Shown here one piece after another: positions 23,710 to 37,560 of a stretch of DNA of 64,000 bases. The first letter of the stretch is position 1. Each line of letters begins with the position of its first letter. The notes below the pieces were generated by a model. That model searched no databases, was not told the origin of the DNA, and saw nothing but the letters and a program-made list of their open reading frames with translations. The stretch is from Octopus vulgaris (taxonomy: Eukaryota): NCBI GenBank assembly GCA_951406725.2, contig OX597835.1:1116001-1180000 (forward strand), given 5' to 3'. The position numbers and the translations under genes were made by a program.

Positions 23710-26223
23710 GAAGATCTAAAGAGAAATCCTTGACTGAAAGAAATCATTAAACGTGACTGATGGCATATTAGATTAACAGTGACGAAGACTAAAACCTCAA
23801 TCCCAGGCTCCATAGAGATTGATGCCATTTCAGTTTAATAATGGAAAATACTCGTGAATAACATGGAAATGCTGTTGCTACTGACAGTGGTGATGATGAT
23901 GATGGTTGCAACATGTTACATATGTTACTTTTGACTTTCATGTGTCGTTAATTACCATTTTCATAACAACCAAACAAACTTCAAGTTAGCTACAGTCCTA
24001 CAAAATCATAGATTGGTAAACATCTGTGTTGGAATTTATGTAATTATTTAGCATCAGGTCAACTCTGATCCAAGTTGTGAGGCCCATGTGTATTTTGGAT
24101 TGCATTATCCAACATTTTTTTCTTAAGATGTTAAAGTGTGATTTTGAGGGAAATTTGGCTGCCATATCTAATGGTTATTGGTTTTTGGTGGTTTAAGTTG
24201 TTGTTTTTGTTCATCCCTAATTCAGTTGAGCTAAGGGTTTCACTTCTTATTACTGTTCATTTAAATACATTATAAAAAAAAAAAATCAGTGAATTTTGAC
24301 AAAGCTGGCAAGAGTAAGTTACCTTCTGATGACAGATTATTGGCTGTTGTTTGATGTGGATTCGGCTGTTATTTCTAGCAGATCAAAAGATTATGTAGAG
24401 GCTTGCTCATTTTCTCAGTATGCATTTTAATGTTTGTCAGAGTGGCTACAAGAAAGAGTTTTCATGAAAAGTCATTATTTTTATTGTACCTGTCGGCTAT
24501 TGCTAATTTTGTTCCATAAATAATTCACTAGGAACATCAGAATTTCTCTCTTTTTAATTTCTAGTGAAAGAGAAACGTAAAGTTTGGACATTACATAAAT
24601 ATATTAATAGAGTTTTATGTTTACAAATGCTTTTGTTACTAGTCAAGAAGTGTGAATTGAGGTTCCATATGACACTTCGTTTTACATACTTATATATATA
24701 TATCATTATTTGCCACTTTTCCTATACTGGCAGGGGTTGGACTGCCCACATATATTAGCAACAGACTCTGCTCTGTATGACTTAGAGTTTCATGAGAATA
24801 TAGGATGCATCTAGATATCGGTCAGGAGAAAAATGAAAAACAAATTCATGATGGTTTCTAGATGTTAGGCTTCTACTGGTCAGCTCAGGTCATGGAGTGC
24901 TAATGATGTGGAGGTAAACCGGCTATTTTCTTAGTTCTTAGACCCACATACCCATACAGGATGCTGACACAAAAACAGGGCTGAGGCCACTGACCTCCTC
25001 AGGTTACTTATCCTGGATACTCTAAAGAACATCCTCCACCCCTCCCACCCCACCCCCCAGCTCTGTATCAACTTTATTTCCCCAAATTTCAGTTGGCTGA
25101 TATTGAACTTATTTCCTCTGCTGGTTTTCAGATTGTAAACACCACCAGGAGCTGTTTCTGTCTACATTCACACATTGATAGCCCCAGAAAGTTTTTCAGC
25201 TCACTAAATTCCGTGTGAGACCCTACCATATATCTATTGTATAAGCAGAAGATTTCCCTGAGGTATTTTCCCTTTAACCAAATTGTGGAGATTCATAATC
25301 AGCATCACTTCTCTCCCTGTCTGTGTCACCATCATCATCATCATCATCACTTAATGATAATTTTCCTGATTAAGTTTGGATTCTTGAAGTAAAGATAATT
25401 CTGATAATATAGTTAACAGTTGTAATATCAGTTATAACAGTGATAATAATCTGGCCTTAACACCTACTTCTGAGAGGGGGATTAGTACAATCTAATCTTT
25501 GTTACAGATAAAGGACAGTAATGAACATGTTTCATTCCGTTAAATCTCAACTACATTTATTTTGTCTCAACTTGCTGCGGGTTGGAAATTCAATTTTTAC
25601 AAACAGGAAAAGAATTTGATTTACAAGAATTTCTCAATATTTTCAAAGAGTTAAGCTCTATTTTCGTAAACTCTTTCAAATACTTTTTAAAATCTTTTTG
25701 TCTTTTATCTTTCTTTTCAAAAAAGTGAAAAACTGAAGAAAAAAAAGAGTAATTCTTATTTCGGAAATATCTTCAAGTATTTTATCTATTATCTATTTTT
25801 ACCTACTCTTCTAAATCCTTATATAATGTAATTTATTCTCTGCACTCATAAAGGAACAAAATTTCTGAAACAGCTGTCTATGGTTGTAGAGAGAGTACGT
25901 ACTGAAATTAAATTACCAAAAATAAAGAAAAAGAAATATCTTATTTTGTAATTATTTTACTATGAAAAGTGAATGAAAGAACAGCATAGATCTTTCCAGC
26001 AAAGTTTCCTTTGCAATGAGTAAATAACAGCCACTGGGAAATTAATTACAGCAGAAAGACTGACCTCTGGGTGGTTTTCTGCTAATTGCTAAATGGTAGT
26101 TACACATTCGATTCCCAAGTTTTGTATTTTTTCTGATGTTTCGAATTTTTCTGTGTATCCTTTATTTATTTATTTAACAGGACTCATTTGCTCAGTAAAT
26201 ATTTCTTGAAATTTTTTGCTGTA

Positions 26224-26342
26224 GCTTATGGCCATATGATGTTGCATGGACTGGTTCCCATCTGATCACCTAAGTTAAGCAACACCAAGCCTTGTTAGTA
26301 CTTAGGTGGGTGACTGCTCAAGAAATCTAGGTGCTGTAAGCA
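26224..26342 (+). pseudogene. 5S rRNA pseudogene, full length and diverged
   Basis: GCTTATGGCCATA...GATCACCTAAGTTAAGCAAC...GTTAGTACTTAGGTGGGTGACTGC...GGTGCTGTAAGC is collinear with metazoan 5S over about 119 nt (box A AGTTAAGC, box C region); many CpG to TpG/CpA changes. Confidence 0.85.
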
Positions 26343-26355
26343 TCTCACATTTTCT

Positions 26356-26472
26356 AAGGCTGTGAGCTGGCAGAATCATTAGCATGCCAGGTAGAATGCT
26401 TAGAAGCATTTTGTCAGTCATCACATTCTGAGTTCAAATTCCACCAAGGTCGACTTTGCTTTTCATTCTTTA
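26356..26472 (+). mobile_element. SINE family C head and core, truncated
   Basis: AAGGCTGTGAGCTGGCAGAATC..GAGTTCAAATTCC..GTCGACTTTGCTTTTCATTC. Confidence 0.75.
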
Positions 26473-26519
26473 AGGCATGATTTATAGATACCATCAGAAA
26501 ATCTTGAGAGGTTTCTGTC

Positions 26520-26850
26520 AAGGGGATAATGGGCTGCACCATTAATGTATGTGGGATTTCTATGTGTATGCACGCATTAGGAAAATGCCAATAACTTGCA
26601 TCAAATTTAGCTTATTTGTTATGAATGTTGTTGGTGTCTCCTTCCGAAATGTAGTGAACTGAGGGCAACGAGTTGGGAAGCTTTAACCAGTGACATTAAC
26701 CACCACACAATGCATGATTTCTGATTTTCAAAAAAATTGTTTTAATGTATTGGTATTGTCATGATTTCTTCCACAACTGCTTCTATCAGCGTCATTGATA
26801 TCAACATCAGGTCTCATATTAATCATCCTGTATCATGGAGACAGTTGTAT
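26520..26850 (-). mobile_element. Possible PIF/Harbinger transposase remnant
   Basis: KFDASYWHFPNACIHIEIPH resembles F..RWNFPNCIGAIDGKHI.I; weak and decayed. Confidence 0.3.
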
Positions 26851-26976
26851 TTCAGTTTCCTACATTATCCTTCTGAAGCCAATTATATTGACAATTAAAT
26901 CATTTTGCTGAAATATGCAGACAGTTTTATATAAATGCACTCTAATGTTGTTACACCCAAAACTATTGTTTTACAA

Positions 26977-27415
26977 CAGTGATTCTCAATCCCTTTTTCC
27001 TTATGGACTCCTTTGATTCCTATTTTACTTGGGTGGACCTTCATAACCTGTTGATGTTTAACCCTTTAGCATTTAATTCTACTTGTTTTATGCTCAAACT
27101 AGCCAGAACTGGCCTCTCAAACCTACCCTCTAATGCCACTATAAAAATAAGCAATCACATCATCAAAATCTCAAAGGTATGAAATAATGCAGGATTAATT
27201 CAAAATAATGTGACTAAATGAATATTAAAGTTGACAGGATAATCTCAGTATTAAAGGGTTAAAACATCCCTTTTTATATATATATATATATATATATATA
27301 ACTGAATATTCATAGGAATTGTATAAAAAAATTGTTGAAAAATAATGTGTCTGTAGAAGTATAATTGATTTTATGGACTCTCAAGGGTCATATGGACCTC
27401 GGTTGAGATACACTG
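26977..27415. mobile_element. hAT-type MITE
   Basis: TIRs CAGTGATTCTCAA and TTGAGATACACTG; 8-bp TSD TTTTACAA (26969-26976) and GTTTACAA (27416-27423). Confidence 0.8.
27062..27258. mobile_element. piggyBac-type MITE nested in the hAT MITE
   Basis: TTAA|CCCTTTAGCATT...AGTATTAAAGGG|TTAA; diverged copy near 48570-48789. Confidence 0.8.
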
Positions 27416-27658
27416 GTTTACAAGCATAGAGATGGTGGATTGGTAGTGGAGCATTGGATAAAATATTTTGTGGTAATCACCTCTCTATGTGCTCTGTGTT
27501 CAAATCCAGTCCAGGCTCATTTCTGCCTTTAATCTCTTCATAAAGTTGGTAATAGAAGTACTGGTGTGCCATATGGTCAACTGTAACCGGCATCAAAGTT
27601 TGTAGCTACCATTGTTGTTGTTTATTACAGTAGGGTGTTAGCATTAGTAGAGCATTAA

Positions 27659-27865
27659 CCCCTTTGATGCCAACCCGCCTGAAACTGCCTGTTTTGTTTT
27701 CAAAAGTTCTGAATTAAAATCTTCCACCAAACCTTTGTCACAATTTATGTTCCTAACACTAGCTTAATGAATGATAAACTAAATTATTTTACTAATTCTT
27801 TGTTATATTTACAATTAATTGAAAGACATACAGAGCATCTCAACAGAAATATGGTAACAAACGGG
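27659..27865. mobile_element. piggyBac-type MITE, second family
   Basis: TTAA|CCCCTTTGATGCC...GGTAACAAACGGG|TTAA; inverted copy at 47754-47965. Confidence 0.8.
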
Positions 27866-27879
27866 TTAAACCAAATGCT

Positions 27880-28385
27880 GAGCAATGCAGTCTTAATTTT
27901 ATCCTGGGTTTTCGAGTTCAAATATCACCTTTGTTCCTCAGAAACATAGTGGAGTTGTAAAATTTATTGAAGTGGCAGACTAAGATCTCTTGTATTTAGT
28001 TGCATAAACTTTGCTTTTTGAGTTCAAATTCTGTTAATGTTTATTTTAATTTCTCTCATCCCAATGTCGATGAAAGGGCCAGTCAGTCTAATCAACTATG
28101 CCCCCTCCCCCAACATGGGACTTTGTACCATGCTATTGCTAGATGTTGTTTTTATTATCATCTAAGATGGTGTGAGTTGGAAGAATTGTTAGTCTGCCTG
28201 ATAAAATGCTAGTGGCATTTTGTCTGTCTTTAATGTTCTGAGTTATAATTCTGCCAAGGTCAACTTTACCATTCATCCCTTAAGGGTTCATAAATTAAGT
28301 ACTATATGTGCACTGGGGTCAATGTAATTGACTAGCCCTCTCCTTCAAAGTTTTAGATCTTGTGCCTATAGTAGAAGAGATTATT
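27880..28385 (+). mobile_element. Cluster of diverged family C SINE copies
   Basis: Repeated GAGTTCAAAT motifs; near-complete copy 28164-28385 with GGTCAACTTTACCATTCATCCC core. Confidence 0.65.
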
Positions 28386-28786
28386 ATCAAAGAGAATATC
28401 TTAATATATTGTTGATTCATCACTTAAGGTAACGTCTTCAGATTGGCCAGGTGAACACCAATCTTGCACTGTCACCTGTGTTTCTTCTGGTTGAGAATTA
28501 ATTGCATTACCTTGCAGCACTGCACTACTCTCCCCTCTCTCTCTCTCTCTCTCTCTCTCGTCTGCTTTTCTTTTCCCTCTTTATGTATTACTTGTTCTGT
28601 CTGTTTTTGCCTGCCTCTCTCTCTTACATTCTCACAGATAGCAAAGAGGGAATGGTGAGCAATTACAGATAATTACTGTATATTGGAAGAGTGCCAATCA
28701 ACTTTATCGTTGTGTGGCTGAAGATATTTCACATGTCACTCAGTCCAAAGGAGGTTGTTGTTTGTGTGTGTGTGTGTATTCAGGTT

Positions 28787-28931
28787 ACTCTTTTACTTGT
28801 TTCAATCATTTGACTGTGGCCATGCTGGAGCACCGCCTTTAGTCAAGCAAGTTGACTCCAGGACTTATTCTTTGTAAGCCTAGCACTTATTCTATCAGTC
28901 TCTTTTGCCGAACCGCTTGGTTACGGGGACA
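28787..28931 (-). mobile_element. SINE family A, 3' half
   Basis: TTACTTGTTTCAATCATTTGACTGTGGCCATGCTGGAGCACCGCC..CTCTTTTGCCGAACCGCT. Confidence 0.75.
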
Positions 28932-29743
28932 TATGATTGCTTTTGGCTTTTTTCTCTTACCATAAAACCATTTTGTTAGTCGTTGGCCTAATGTACGTAA
29001 CGAATGTGTGAACACATATAGAAAATGTGACGCCATCGTTGTTGTGGTGATGGTAAAAAATGGTTACAATAGGTAACTAAAAGAAAAATGATAATCTTAA
29101 ATTTTTGTAATGTAAATAAGTGAATGAAAATATTGTTTAGTTGGTAGCCAAAAGCTTACTGAATCTTTTGATACCCCATATGTCAAAAACGGCAACTCAG
29201 TTCTGGAATGCGTAAGGAACACACACAAACTCTCTTTTATAAGATCTCTGGATCCTCTGGATATGACAAGACAAGACTTCTCAGCTAAACTTGAGTCTTG
29301 GATACTTTTGGCGAGGAAGGACAAAGAAAAGCTAAAATAGCATAATTTGAGGAAGCTTGTGATGTTCTGGGTGGGCAGAAAATAACACAAATAGTTTCAT
29401 AAAGTGGTTTAAATTGTATACGCTGCAGTGGTTTGGGAGAAGAATCCTTTGTCTAGAGACAGATAAAATATCAAGTAAGAAGTATTAATTGAAAAGAAAC
29501 TGTCAGTATGCGGGGTGGGGTGGGGGATAAAGTGTAGAGGGGCGCAGAAGGCGCATTTATGGTTTTCTGGAGTTAATTAAATAAACAGAATTTATCTGCT
29601 TAATCAGTTGATACAATGACAAGCAAGTCTGATCACCTGATCCAAATATGTCTAATCATGTGTTTCAAATTAAGATTAATACTGTCTTGACAAAAACAAC
29701 AAGCATGTTTCCTTTCAAAACATGCTAACTTTGACTTTCATTG

Positions 29744-29776
<33 letters not shown>

Positions 29777-29869
29777 ATGCATGTGTGTGTGTGTGTGTGA
29801 TTTCTTTATTTCATCAGCAGAAAGATAAGTTGTCATTTCTATTTCTTCCGTGTAATAACAGTAACTGTT

Positions 29870-30725
29870 TCCAATTTAAGGACAAGGCCAGCAGTTTCAA
29901 GGATGTGGGAATATTTGATTAAATTAACCCCAGCATGTGGCTGGTATTTTATTTTATCAACTCCAGAAAAATGAAAGGCAGAGTTGATTTAAGTGAGATT
30001 TAAATTCAAATAGTCGAGGCCCAGGACAAATTACCAGATGGGATTTTCTCCTCTGCTCCAGCAATTTTGTCAATCTAATTCCCTCGTTAAATAATCATGA
30101 TAATGTTGATTTCTAACTTCTGCATCGTTGCAAATTTAGGAAGGAATAGTGGTGAGTGTATAATCTCCAGTACATGTCTGAAGTTATCATTACTTGGAAT
30201 CAATGAGAATGCTGAAGAGTCTCATGAAAGGCAAAGACAAGTCTGGGAAATCGTGTCTTTCCCAAGAGAACTGTGACATCAATTCTCGACTGGAGGCTGC
30301 TGTATGAATATTTTCTCAACAAAATAGGTGACTTAATTTCAGTTTTGTTGGTGGGTTGGACAAAATAGAATATGTAATAAGCTGTGTAAGAGATCATTAT
30401 CATCATATAGGCGTTGGAGTGGCTGTGTGCTAAGTAGCTTGCTTACGAACCACATGGTTCCGGGTTCAGTCCCACTGCGTGGCACCTTGGGCAAGTGTCT
30501 TCTACTAAGCAGAATTTGATCTCAGAACACAAATAACTGGAACATTTACCACATGGTATCTAGTCCAACGCTGTAACAATTCCATCAGTCCATTACACTA
30601 GATTGATACTTTAGATATTAACCTTGAAAGGATGAAAGACAAAGTTCATGTCAGCAGGTTTTGAATTCACAGCACAGTGAACCAGAACAAATGCTGTCAG
30701 TAATCTGATACTGTTACAACTTTGC
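29870..30725. mobile_element. Mixed SINE fragments: family C on minus (29870-30075, 30510-30725) and family A head on plus (30410-30506)
   Basis: GAAAGGATGAAAG core; family A head GGAGTGGCTGTGTGCTAAGTAG..GGTTCAGTCCCACTGCGTGGCACCTTGGGCAAGTGTCTTCTACT. Confidence 0.65.
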
Positions 30726-31516
30726 CTTTCCCTTCTCTATAAATAAGGTTAGTTACTAATATTATTTTTTTTTCCTTACCTTGTGTTATTTCTATTTAGC
30801 TTGAATCCTACCTGCCTTAAATGTCTTAACACTGACTTAGCATTCACTGTGTTGATTCAGTGAAAGTACTTCTTGTTTTATCTTCTTTATCTTTGTATAA
30901 AAATTCTTCTTTCACTTTAAAAGCTTCAATTCGATGGGCCCATTCACTTAACCTCTTTATTTTGGGAAGAGATTGTCTTCAAAAAAATACTAGGAAAGGG
31001 AAAAAGAGAAATCATTTCATAAATATTTGTATGTTTTCCCTGTTTTTTCAATTTGTTTCACTTGTTGTCTGCCTCTACTCAGTATTTTGACATTTTGCAG
31101 AATTTGATGCTTCAAAATTTAATGCAAAACTCTTTCAGCTCATCATCCATTAATTTTATATTCCAGAAACTTATAGCTAAAGAATATATTTAAGTTGGTA
31201 GAAGTAAGAGGTTAACACTGTCTTGGAACTTCCCTTGTAGGTCGTCAGCACACACACACAGGAAATAGAGGAATCTTCAGGTTAAGGAATGCATTCAAGT
31301 GGGTCAGAACAAAAGACTAAATATGTCATCAATCTTCCCCTACAGGTCATCAGTCTACAGCCGCTTAATATCATCTCTATTGACCGTTTCTGATGTCTAC
31401 AGATGGTCGCATGAAGAGTAGAAATCACCTCTCTCTCATCTCACTCATTTCCACACAATTTCTTTTAGTTCTACTGCATCTCTTTCTCTCCCTCCTTCCA
31501 CTCTCTATGTTTCTTA

Positions 31517-31750
31517 TTTCTTTTATTACCCACAAGGGGCTAAACATAGAGGGGGACAAACAAGGACAGACAAAGGGATTAAGTCGATTACATTGACCCC
31601 AGTGCGTAACTGGTACTTAATTTATCGACCCCGAAAGGATGAAAGGCAAAGTCGACTTTGGTGGAATTTGAACTCAGAACGTAATGGTAGTCAAAATACC
31701 GCTAAGCATTTCGCCCGGCATGCTAACGTTTCTGCCATCTCGCCGCCTTG
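31517..31750 (-). mobile_element. SINE family C, full length, young
   Basis: Highly similar to 4104-4320. Confidence 0.85.
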
Positions 31751-33789
31751 GTTTCTTTATGTTTCTTGTGACAATTTCTCTTTTGTCTGCTTCCTACTTT
31801 GTTCTGCTTTATTTTCATTGTAAATTCTTCCCTTGCTTTTTAAATTCTTAATATCAAATAATTAACAGGTCAGCAGATTGTAGAATGAAAAAACCCGTGT
31901 TTACTTCTGCAAGTTTCAGATGCATTTCATCACATTGCTGCAATCCATTTTCGGCATTTGTTGGTATCATAGTGTTTTAGTGAAGTTAGTTGACTGGAAG
32001 GTTTCAGGAGTTCCTATGTAGTCTTGTGTTTTGGGTCTTGTTAAAATGGCACCAGTTTTGTTTCCTTTTATCTTTCTGCCAGAAAGATTTTGTTCTACTC
32101 TTTAGTTTCTAGGTCCATTGCATACAGTATCAGTAAGATTAGTAACCGGTGAACAATGCTAAGTGCTTTTTAATCATGCTATTTAGAAACTACTTGTTGT
32201 CATGTATCATTAAAACACAGGATTATCCAAGCTATAATGACTTAAATAGCATTGTAATAATAATTGCAATCTTGATGTTACAAAGAATAGAAATTATATG
32301 AATCTTTTCTTTTCTCCCACACACTGTGTGTGTGTGTGTGTGTGTTTGTGTGTACTTAATATCTGCTTTTCTCTGTAGTGTATTTGGGATAGAAATACAA
32401 TCCCACCTAAAACTATTCAATCCAAATCCATTTTTTTAATAACTTTTTTCTTGTGTTTATTGTTTAATCAAAAACACAAACAAAAGAGATACTATGTGAG
32501 TTTATTTGCATGCCACTTGCCCAGCAGGTATATACAACAAAGACCATACTTACCTTGCTCTCCTCTGGTTGTTGTATGTCCTCTCAAGTTTGACGACACT
32601 TGTTACACATACTCTTTAGCCCATAGAGGAATAAAAAGGTATAGAGGAATAAAAAAACATCCACTTTATGATCTATCATGTGATACACTGATTGTAGGGC
32701 TTGCTAAGACCATTTGTAATCTTAACTTGCTGACTATGACTGACACAACCTACTAATATCATCCGCTGGGATTGTGTGTTTTCTAATATTTTAAACTGAT
32801 GAAAGGGAAGAAGATTTGGTTGTTATTTCTAACAGGTCAAACTACCCTGCAGAGGCGCATTTGTGAATGGTTATGCACACTATGCAGGTGTGGATTGTTT
32901 TATATGGTTGTGTGTTAAGTTTATATTGATTCTGTATGCGTGTGTGCTGCAGGATTAGACACGTGTATGTCATATAAAAATGTCCGTTTAGATTATTAGG
33001 TTTATAAATGTGTGCTATTTAGGATTGTGTGTAGACTACTCGTTTATGTGTGTTATGGAAGCCTATAGGTGTGTATGTGTGTAGAAACTACAAATTTATG
33101 GAGGATTATATGTTTGCTATACTTGACTGTGTGCATGTATGAGAAAGGTTTGTTTTATGTAAGTGTATATATATAGACTATAGCTTCATGTGTGTATAGG
33201 TGTAGATTACAGGTTTTTGTGTGTAGTATTGGTGTATATGTTTCAATAAATGCTCAAGTGGTCCTGATCAAGTTATGAGCTGATGGTTGTTGTTTTATTT
33301 CAACATCTGTTGGAATATCTCAGACACTTCCACTTCGGACATTATGCAATCTCCAAAGAGAGAGAGAGAGAGAGAGAGACACACACATTTAAAAAAAAAT
33401 CTTTTATCTTTGGGTATTTACACTTATTAAATACCTTGAGTAAGCATTAATTAATATTCTCTACCCACCACAGTTATTATTTACTGTCTAGTTCTATCCA
33501 GTCCTTTCAAGGAGGTGAGGTGGGGGAGGAGCAGACATTATTGTTGATTTTTTTGTTGGTTTGTTTTTTTATATTTTGCTTTGTGCTCTGACCATTTTTT
33601 TTTGGTCTTTTCTTTATTTTGTCTCCCAGTGGTAATACAAAAGTATATTTTCAGAGAATATTATTATTGTTGTTGCTGTTAGGTGAGATAATTGATGCTG
33701 TGTTAACCAAAACTATTTTTTGCAATTTGTTCTTGCACCATCTCCTCATTGATTATTATACTTGTAGCAAATAATTATTAATTTGGGCA

Positions 33790-34008
33790 GTTGATTGGTA
33801 AAATCATTATAGCATCAGACAAAATGTCTTCAGGTATTTGTACCAGCTTTTGACATTCTGAGTTCAAATTCTGCCAAGGTTGGTTTTGCCTTTTCACCTT
33901 TTGGAGTTAATAAGATGAAAGTATTGGTTAAGTCCTGTGGTCAGTGATATCAATCAATCTCATCCTCTCAAGATTGCTGGCCTTGTACCGAAGTGAGAAA
34001 TTATCATT
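33790..34008 (+). mobile_element. SINE family C, diverged
   Basis: TTCTGAGTTCAAATTCTGCCAAGGTTGGTTTTGCCTTTTCACC core. Confidence 0.6.
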
Positions 34009-34957
34009 ATTTGTAGCTCCATGTCTATGGTAGAAGTAATAATAATAATGCTGAAAGGTATATGAGGGTAGCACGTATGCTCTGGTGAAATGGCCTCAAC
34101 ATTTAACTGTAGGCTGTAGATGGAAACTAGGAGAGGAAGGGAGATATAGAAAGATAGAGTGAACCTAATAGGTGTTGGCCTTCTCTGATTTGCCTTAGGT
34201 GGCTGTTCCCCTATTAGGACTTTAAAAAATGACATCCTTGAAAATTATTCTTAAAGCCCATTTCTATATTTTTATTATCTTCTCGCACAATGTGTAACTT
34301 GCCTTCCACTGTTTTACTAGTTTCTCCTCATCTTATGGTCAATAAAGAGATTATCTGATAAATCATTTATTATAATAATAAAACAGAATTGTTTCAGTAA
34401 TCTTATTTTTATTAAATGCTTTTCACTACACAACTGACTGCAGCAGTGAGCCTTGGGTGTGGTCAGTTTTTGTTCTCTATTGCCTGTACTTATGTATGAG
34501 TTCTGCAAACAAGACAAACTTGATTGCAATATTTCATGAGGATTTCTTTCAGAAGCTCAAGGCTATACCTTTTCATTGACTGCTAACTTGTAGATTAGAG
34601 CAGTGCTTAAACTCTAGTTTCATGACATTATTTAGAGTTGTTATCAAATTATCCAAACAATGGGTTATTTTGAAATCTAGAATCATTGTTTGTAAGAGTA
34701 TAAAAAAAATGTTAGTATAATTTGCAGTAAATTTCTTTTAGAAGCTGTAACAAGGGCTCTCGTGTTGCAGCTCCTCTTCAAGACATTAAACATGAAAGAG
34801 ATGAATCTCTAGCCTCGATTGCATAGATGCCACTTATTTGTTTCCCATGCTATCATCTCTCTTCATCTCTACTAAATTCTATATAGTCTCTGTCATCTTA
34901 ATTCAGATAAATGCACGTCACAAATGCATAGCTAAAATATTGTACATTTTGATTTAA

Positions 34958-35503
34958 TAGGTTGTCTGGAAAGTTTGTGCCGATTTATAGTAGCTTTCCT
35001 TTCGACATATTTTAGAACACGGTTGAGTCCATAAAATAGGATTTGACTACACCTCCATTTAGAGCACAGTTTAAGCTATCTTTTCGTGGAAGAAGGTTTA
35101 TGTTCCTATAACCTGTGCTAATTTTGTAACCCTTTAAAATGGAAGATAAGAAAGTTCATTTTCGGGACTTGATGCTTTGGGAACCAGACAAAAATTGCTG
35201 CAGCTTGGCTGGGATGTGTTACCCCACCCTCCATATTAACCAGATATTGCTCCTTCAGATTTCCACTTATTTAGGTCTCTGCAGAATAGTCTTAATGGTA
35301 AAAATGTCAATTCCTTGGATGACGTAAAAAGATACCTTGATGAATTCTTTGCCATGAAACCACCTCCATTCTGGGAAGAGGGTATTTTTCAAGTTAAAGG
35401 AAAGATGGAGATGTATTGTGCAACAAAATGGTTCATATTTGGTTGATTAAAAATGACCTTTTCCTTTCCTTTGAAAATCGGCACGAACTTTCTGGACAAC
35501 CAA
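34958..35503 (+). mobile_element. Internally deleted mariner element with both TIRs
   Basis: About 29-bp TIRs TAGGTTGTCTGGAAAGTTTGTGCCGATTT and AAATCGGCACGAACTTTCTGGACAACCAA; MEDKKVHFRDLMLWE fused to RQKLLQLGWDVLPHPPY*PDIAPSDFHLFRSLQN..RWRCIVQQNGSYLVD. Confidence 0.9.
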
Positions 35504-36068
35504 AATCCATGAATCAGATTGTATTTACCAAACTGGCTCTGTCTTGGACATTCTTCTACAATCCTCATCATCATTGTAAAACTTCAGACTTATCAAAATG
35601 GTTGGATAACAAACTGAAGTGGGAGGGAGAGGTTTCTGTGATTACAACCTTCTACACTATATTAATGATTTTTTAAAAAAATGAGCCAATGAATAAACTT
35701 CTATGCTGTCCTTCAGTCTTCTAGAAATAGTAACCAAATCACCTTTAAGTAACAGGCTACTCTCTTAAAAGAAAGACATAGTGAGTATAAGTCTACTGGA
35801 TCAACACTAACCTTGGGCTAAAGAACAACAGCTAATCAGTTAGAGTTTGTGAAACGTGGGTTTTTCTTCCTCAAAATTAACGCATGTGTGGTATATTGGA
35901 TTTTCAGGTTCCCATAGACTCAGCTATATTCATAGAATAGGCTGGGGTGTTGAACGTATGTTTGTTCTAAGCCCAGAATCAGTTAACTTCATATCATAGG
36001 CTGAGTTTGCAGGACTCTTTGGGTGATTTCTAACCATTTCACATTATAGGTATGTTAAAGTAATAGGG

Positions 36069-36412
36069 AAAAGGGTAGGGGTAAAAGCCCTTTTGGTCTC
36101 AAATGATCATGGGATTGCACCTAGAAAGTTCCCTTCCAAGATACAAATCCAGACAAGGTTGTTTATGGAAGACCAGCAATTGGCCATGCATACCAGCCTC
36201 TCCTCTCCACACCACCGATGTTGTCCAAGGGAAAGGCAAAGGCCAGCATAGCTTGGCACTAGTGAGGTTGCAACTTGTTTCTACAGCTGAGTGAACTGGA
36301 GCAGCATGAAATAAAGTGTCTTGCTCAAGAGCACAGCCTGGTCCAGGAATCGAACTCACTACCTCATGATTGTGAGCATGATGCTCTTACCACTGAGTCA
36401 TGTGCCTTCACT
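36069..36412 (-). mobile_element. SINE family B, full length
   Basis: Reverse complement is collinear with 457-805. Confidence 0.85.
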
Positions 36413-37387
36413 GACAGTACTACTATAGACAGACAGTATATATAGCCACTCCCTATATCAGATGTTCTCCTAACAATTCTTTGAAGTGCTTCGATCTCAA
36501 ATGGAAATCTGTTTTTGTGAAATTTATCAGCGTTTCAACAATGCAGGGTCAAAAAGTCTGCAAATGATGCTTCCAATTGGTGAGAAAGTGTTAAAGACAA
36601 ATGAAAGACAAAAAAATGGCTTTGCTTGTTTGTCTCCATAGTAAATTTCACAAAAATAATTATTTGAACTTAGACAACTATCATTTTAAAATAAAGTAAT
36701 TAAAATGTAACGAACAAAACAAAATAACGAATTCCATTATGTGTAATTACTCTTAAATGTCTCGACTTTTATTTGAAACAACTAAAACTTTGTCTGCAAA
36801 TACATTCTTTTAATTATTTTAATGAGATTTTTCAGTTTAAATTGTAACTATTTCTCCACTTGCCATTCTTTTGAGTCAGATTGATTCCTGGTAATAATTA
36901 TTCTGAAAGCTTGCTTTACATCTTTGTTGCATGTTTTTCCTTGGTGTTTTTTTTTTCTTTTTTACATTGAATCAAGTTGGTGTAGACGATGGCCTTGTGG
37001 TTGAGAAGTTCACTTCATAATCACATTGTTCTAAGTTAGATCCACTTTGCAATCCCTTCGACAGATATTTGGGTTAACTCATGACTGGAATGTGATAAAA
37101 GGGACTTGTGAGAAATCCTGTGTGTGTGTGTGATATCTTTTACCCATACACATTGGCACCCCCCCCCCAAAAAAAACCCCTGAAAAACAGTGCTTTTTGA
37201 ATTTAAAAAAAAGTGGTGATATTTATTGTGTGTCAGGTGATCTCTTGTTTGAACACTTGCTACAAGAGGCACTTACCATTGTCACATCTGTGGCAGGTCC
37301 CAAGTAGACTGGAAAACCACACCCATTTAAGAAAACAATTGAGTAATGGCATTGCTCAAAATCCTGTTTCAGCCATCATGTATTTAT

Positions 37388-37560
37388 ATATCATCATCCT
37401 TTAATGTCCATGTTCCATGCTGGCATGAGTTTGACAGTTTGACAGGATCTGATGAGCCCAAGGCCCATTCCTCAGTGTCTGTATGGCATGGTTTCTTAGA
37501 CTGGATGCTGTTCCTAATACCTTTATAGTATGTACTGGGTGCTTTTCTCATGCCACAAGC
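37388..37560 (-). mobile_element. RTE-type 3' tail, diverged
   Basis: CATCATCCTTTAATGTCC..TTCCATGCTGGCATGAGTTTGAC..CTGGATGCTGTTCCTAA. Confidence 0.6.

Noticed and set aside
31220-31395. Hammerhead-like pieces on the minus strand (CTGACGA, CTGATGA, GAAACGGTC)
   Set aside because: Halves are not in a foldable order, and GAAG replaces GAAA
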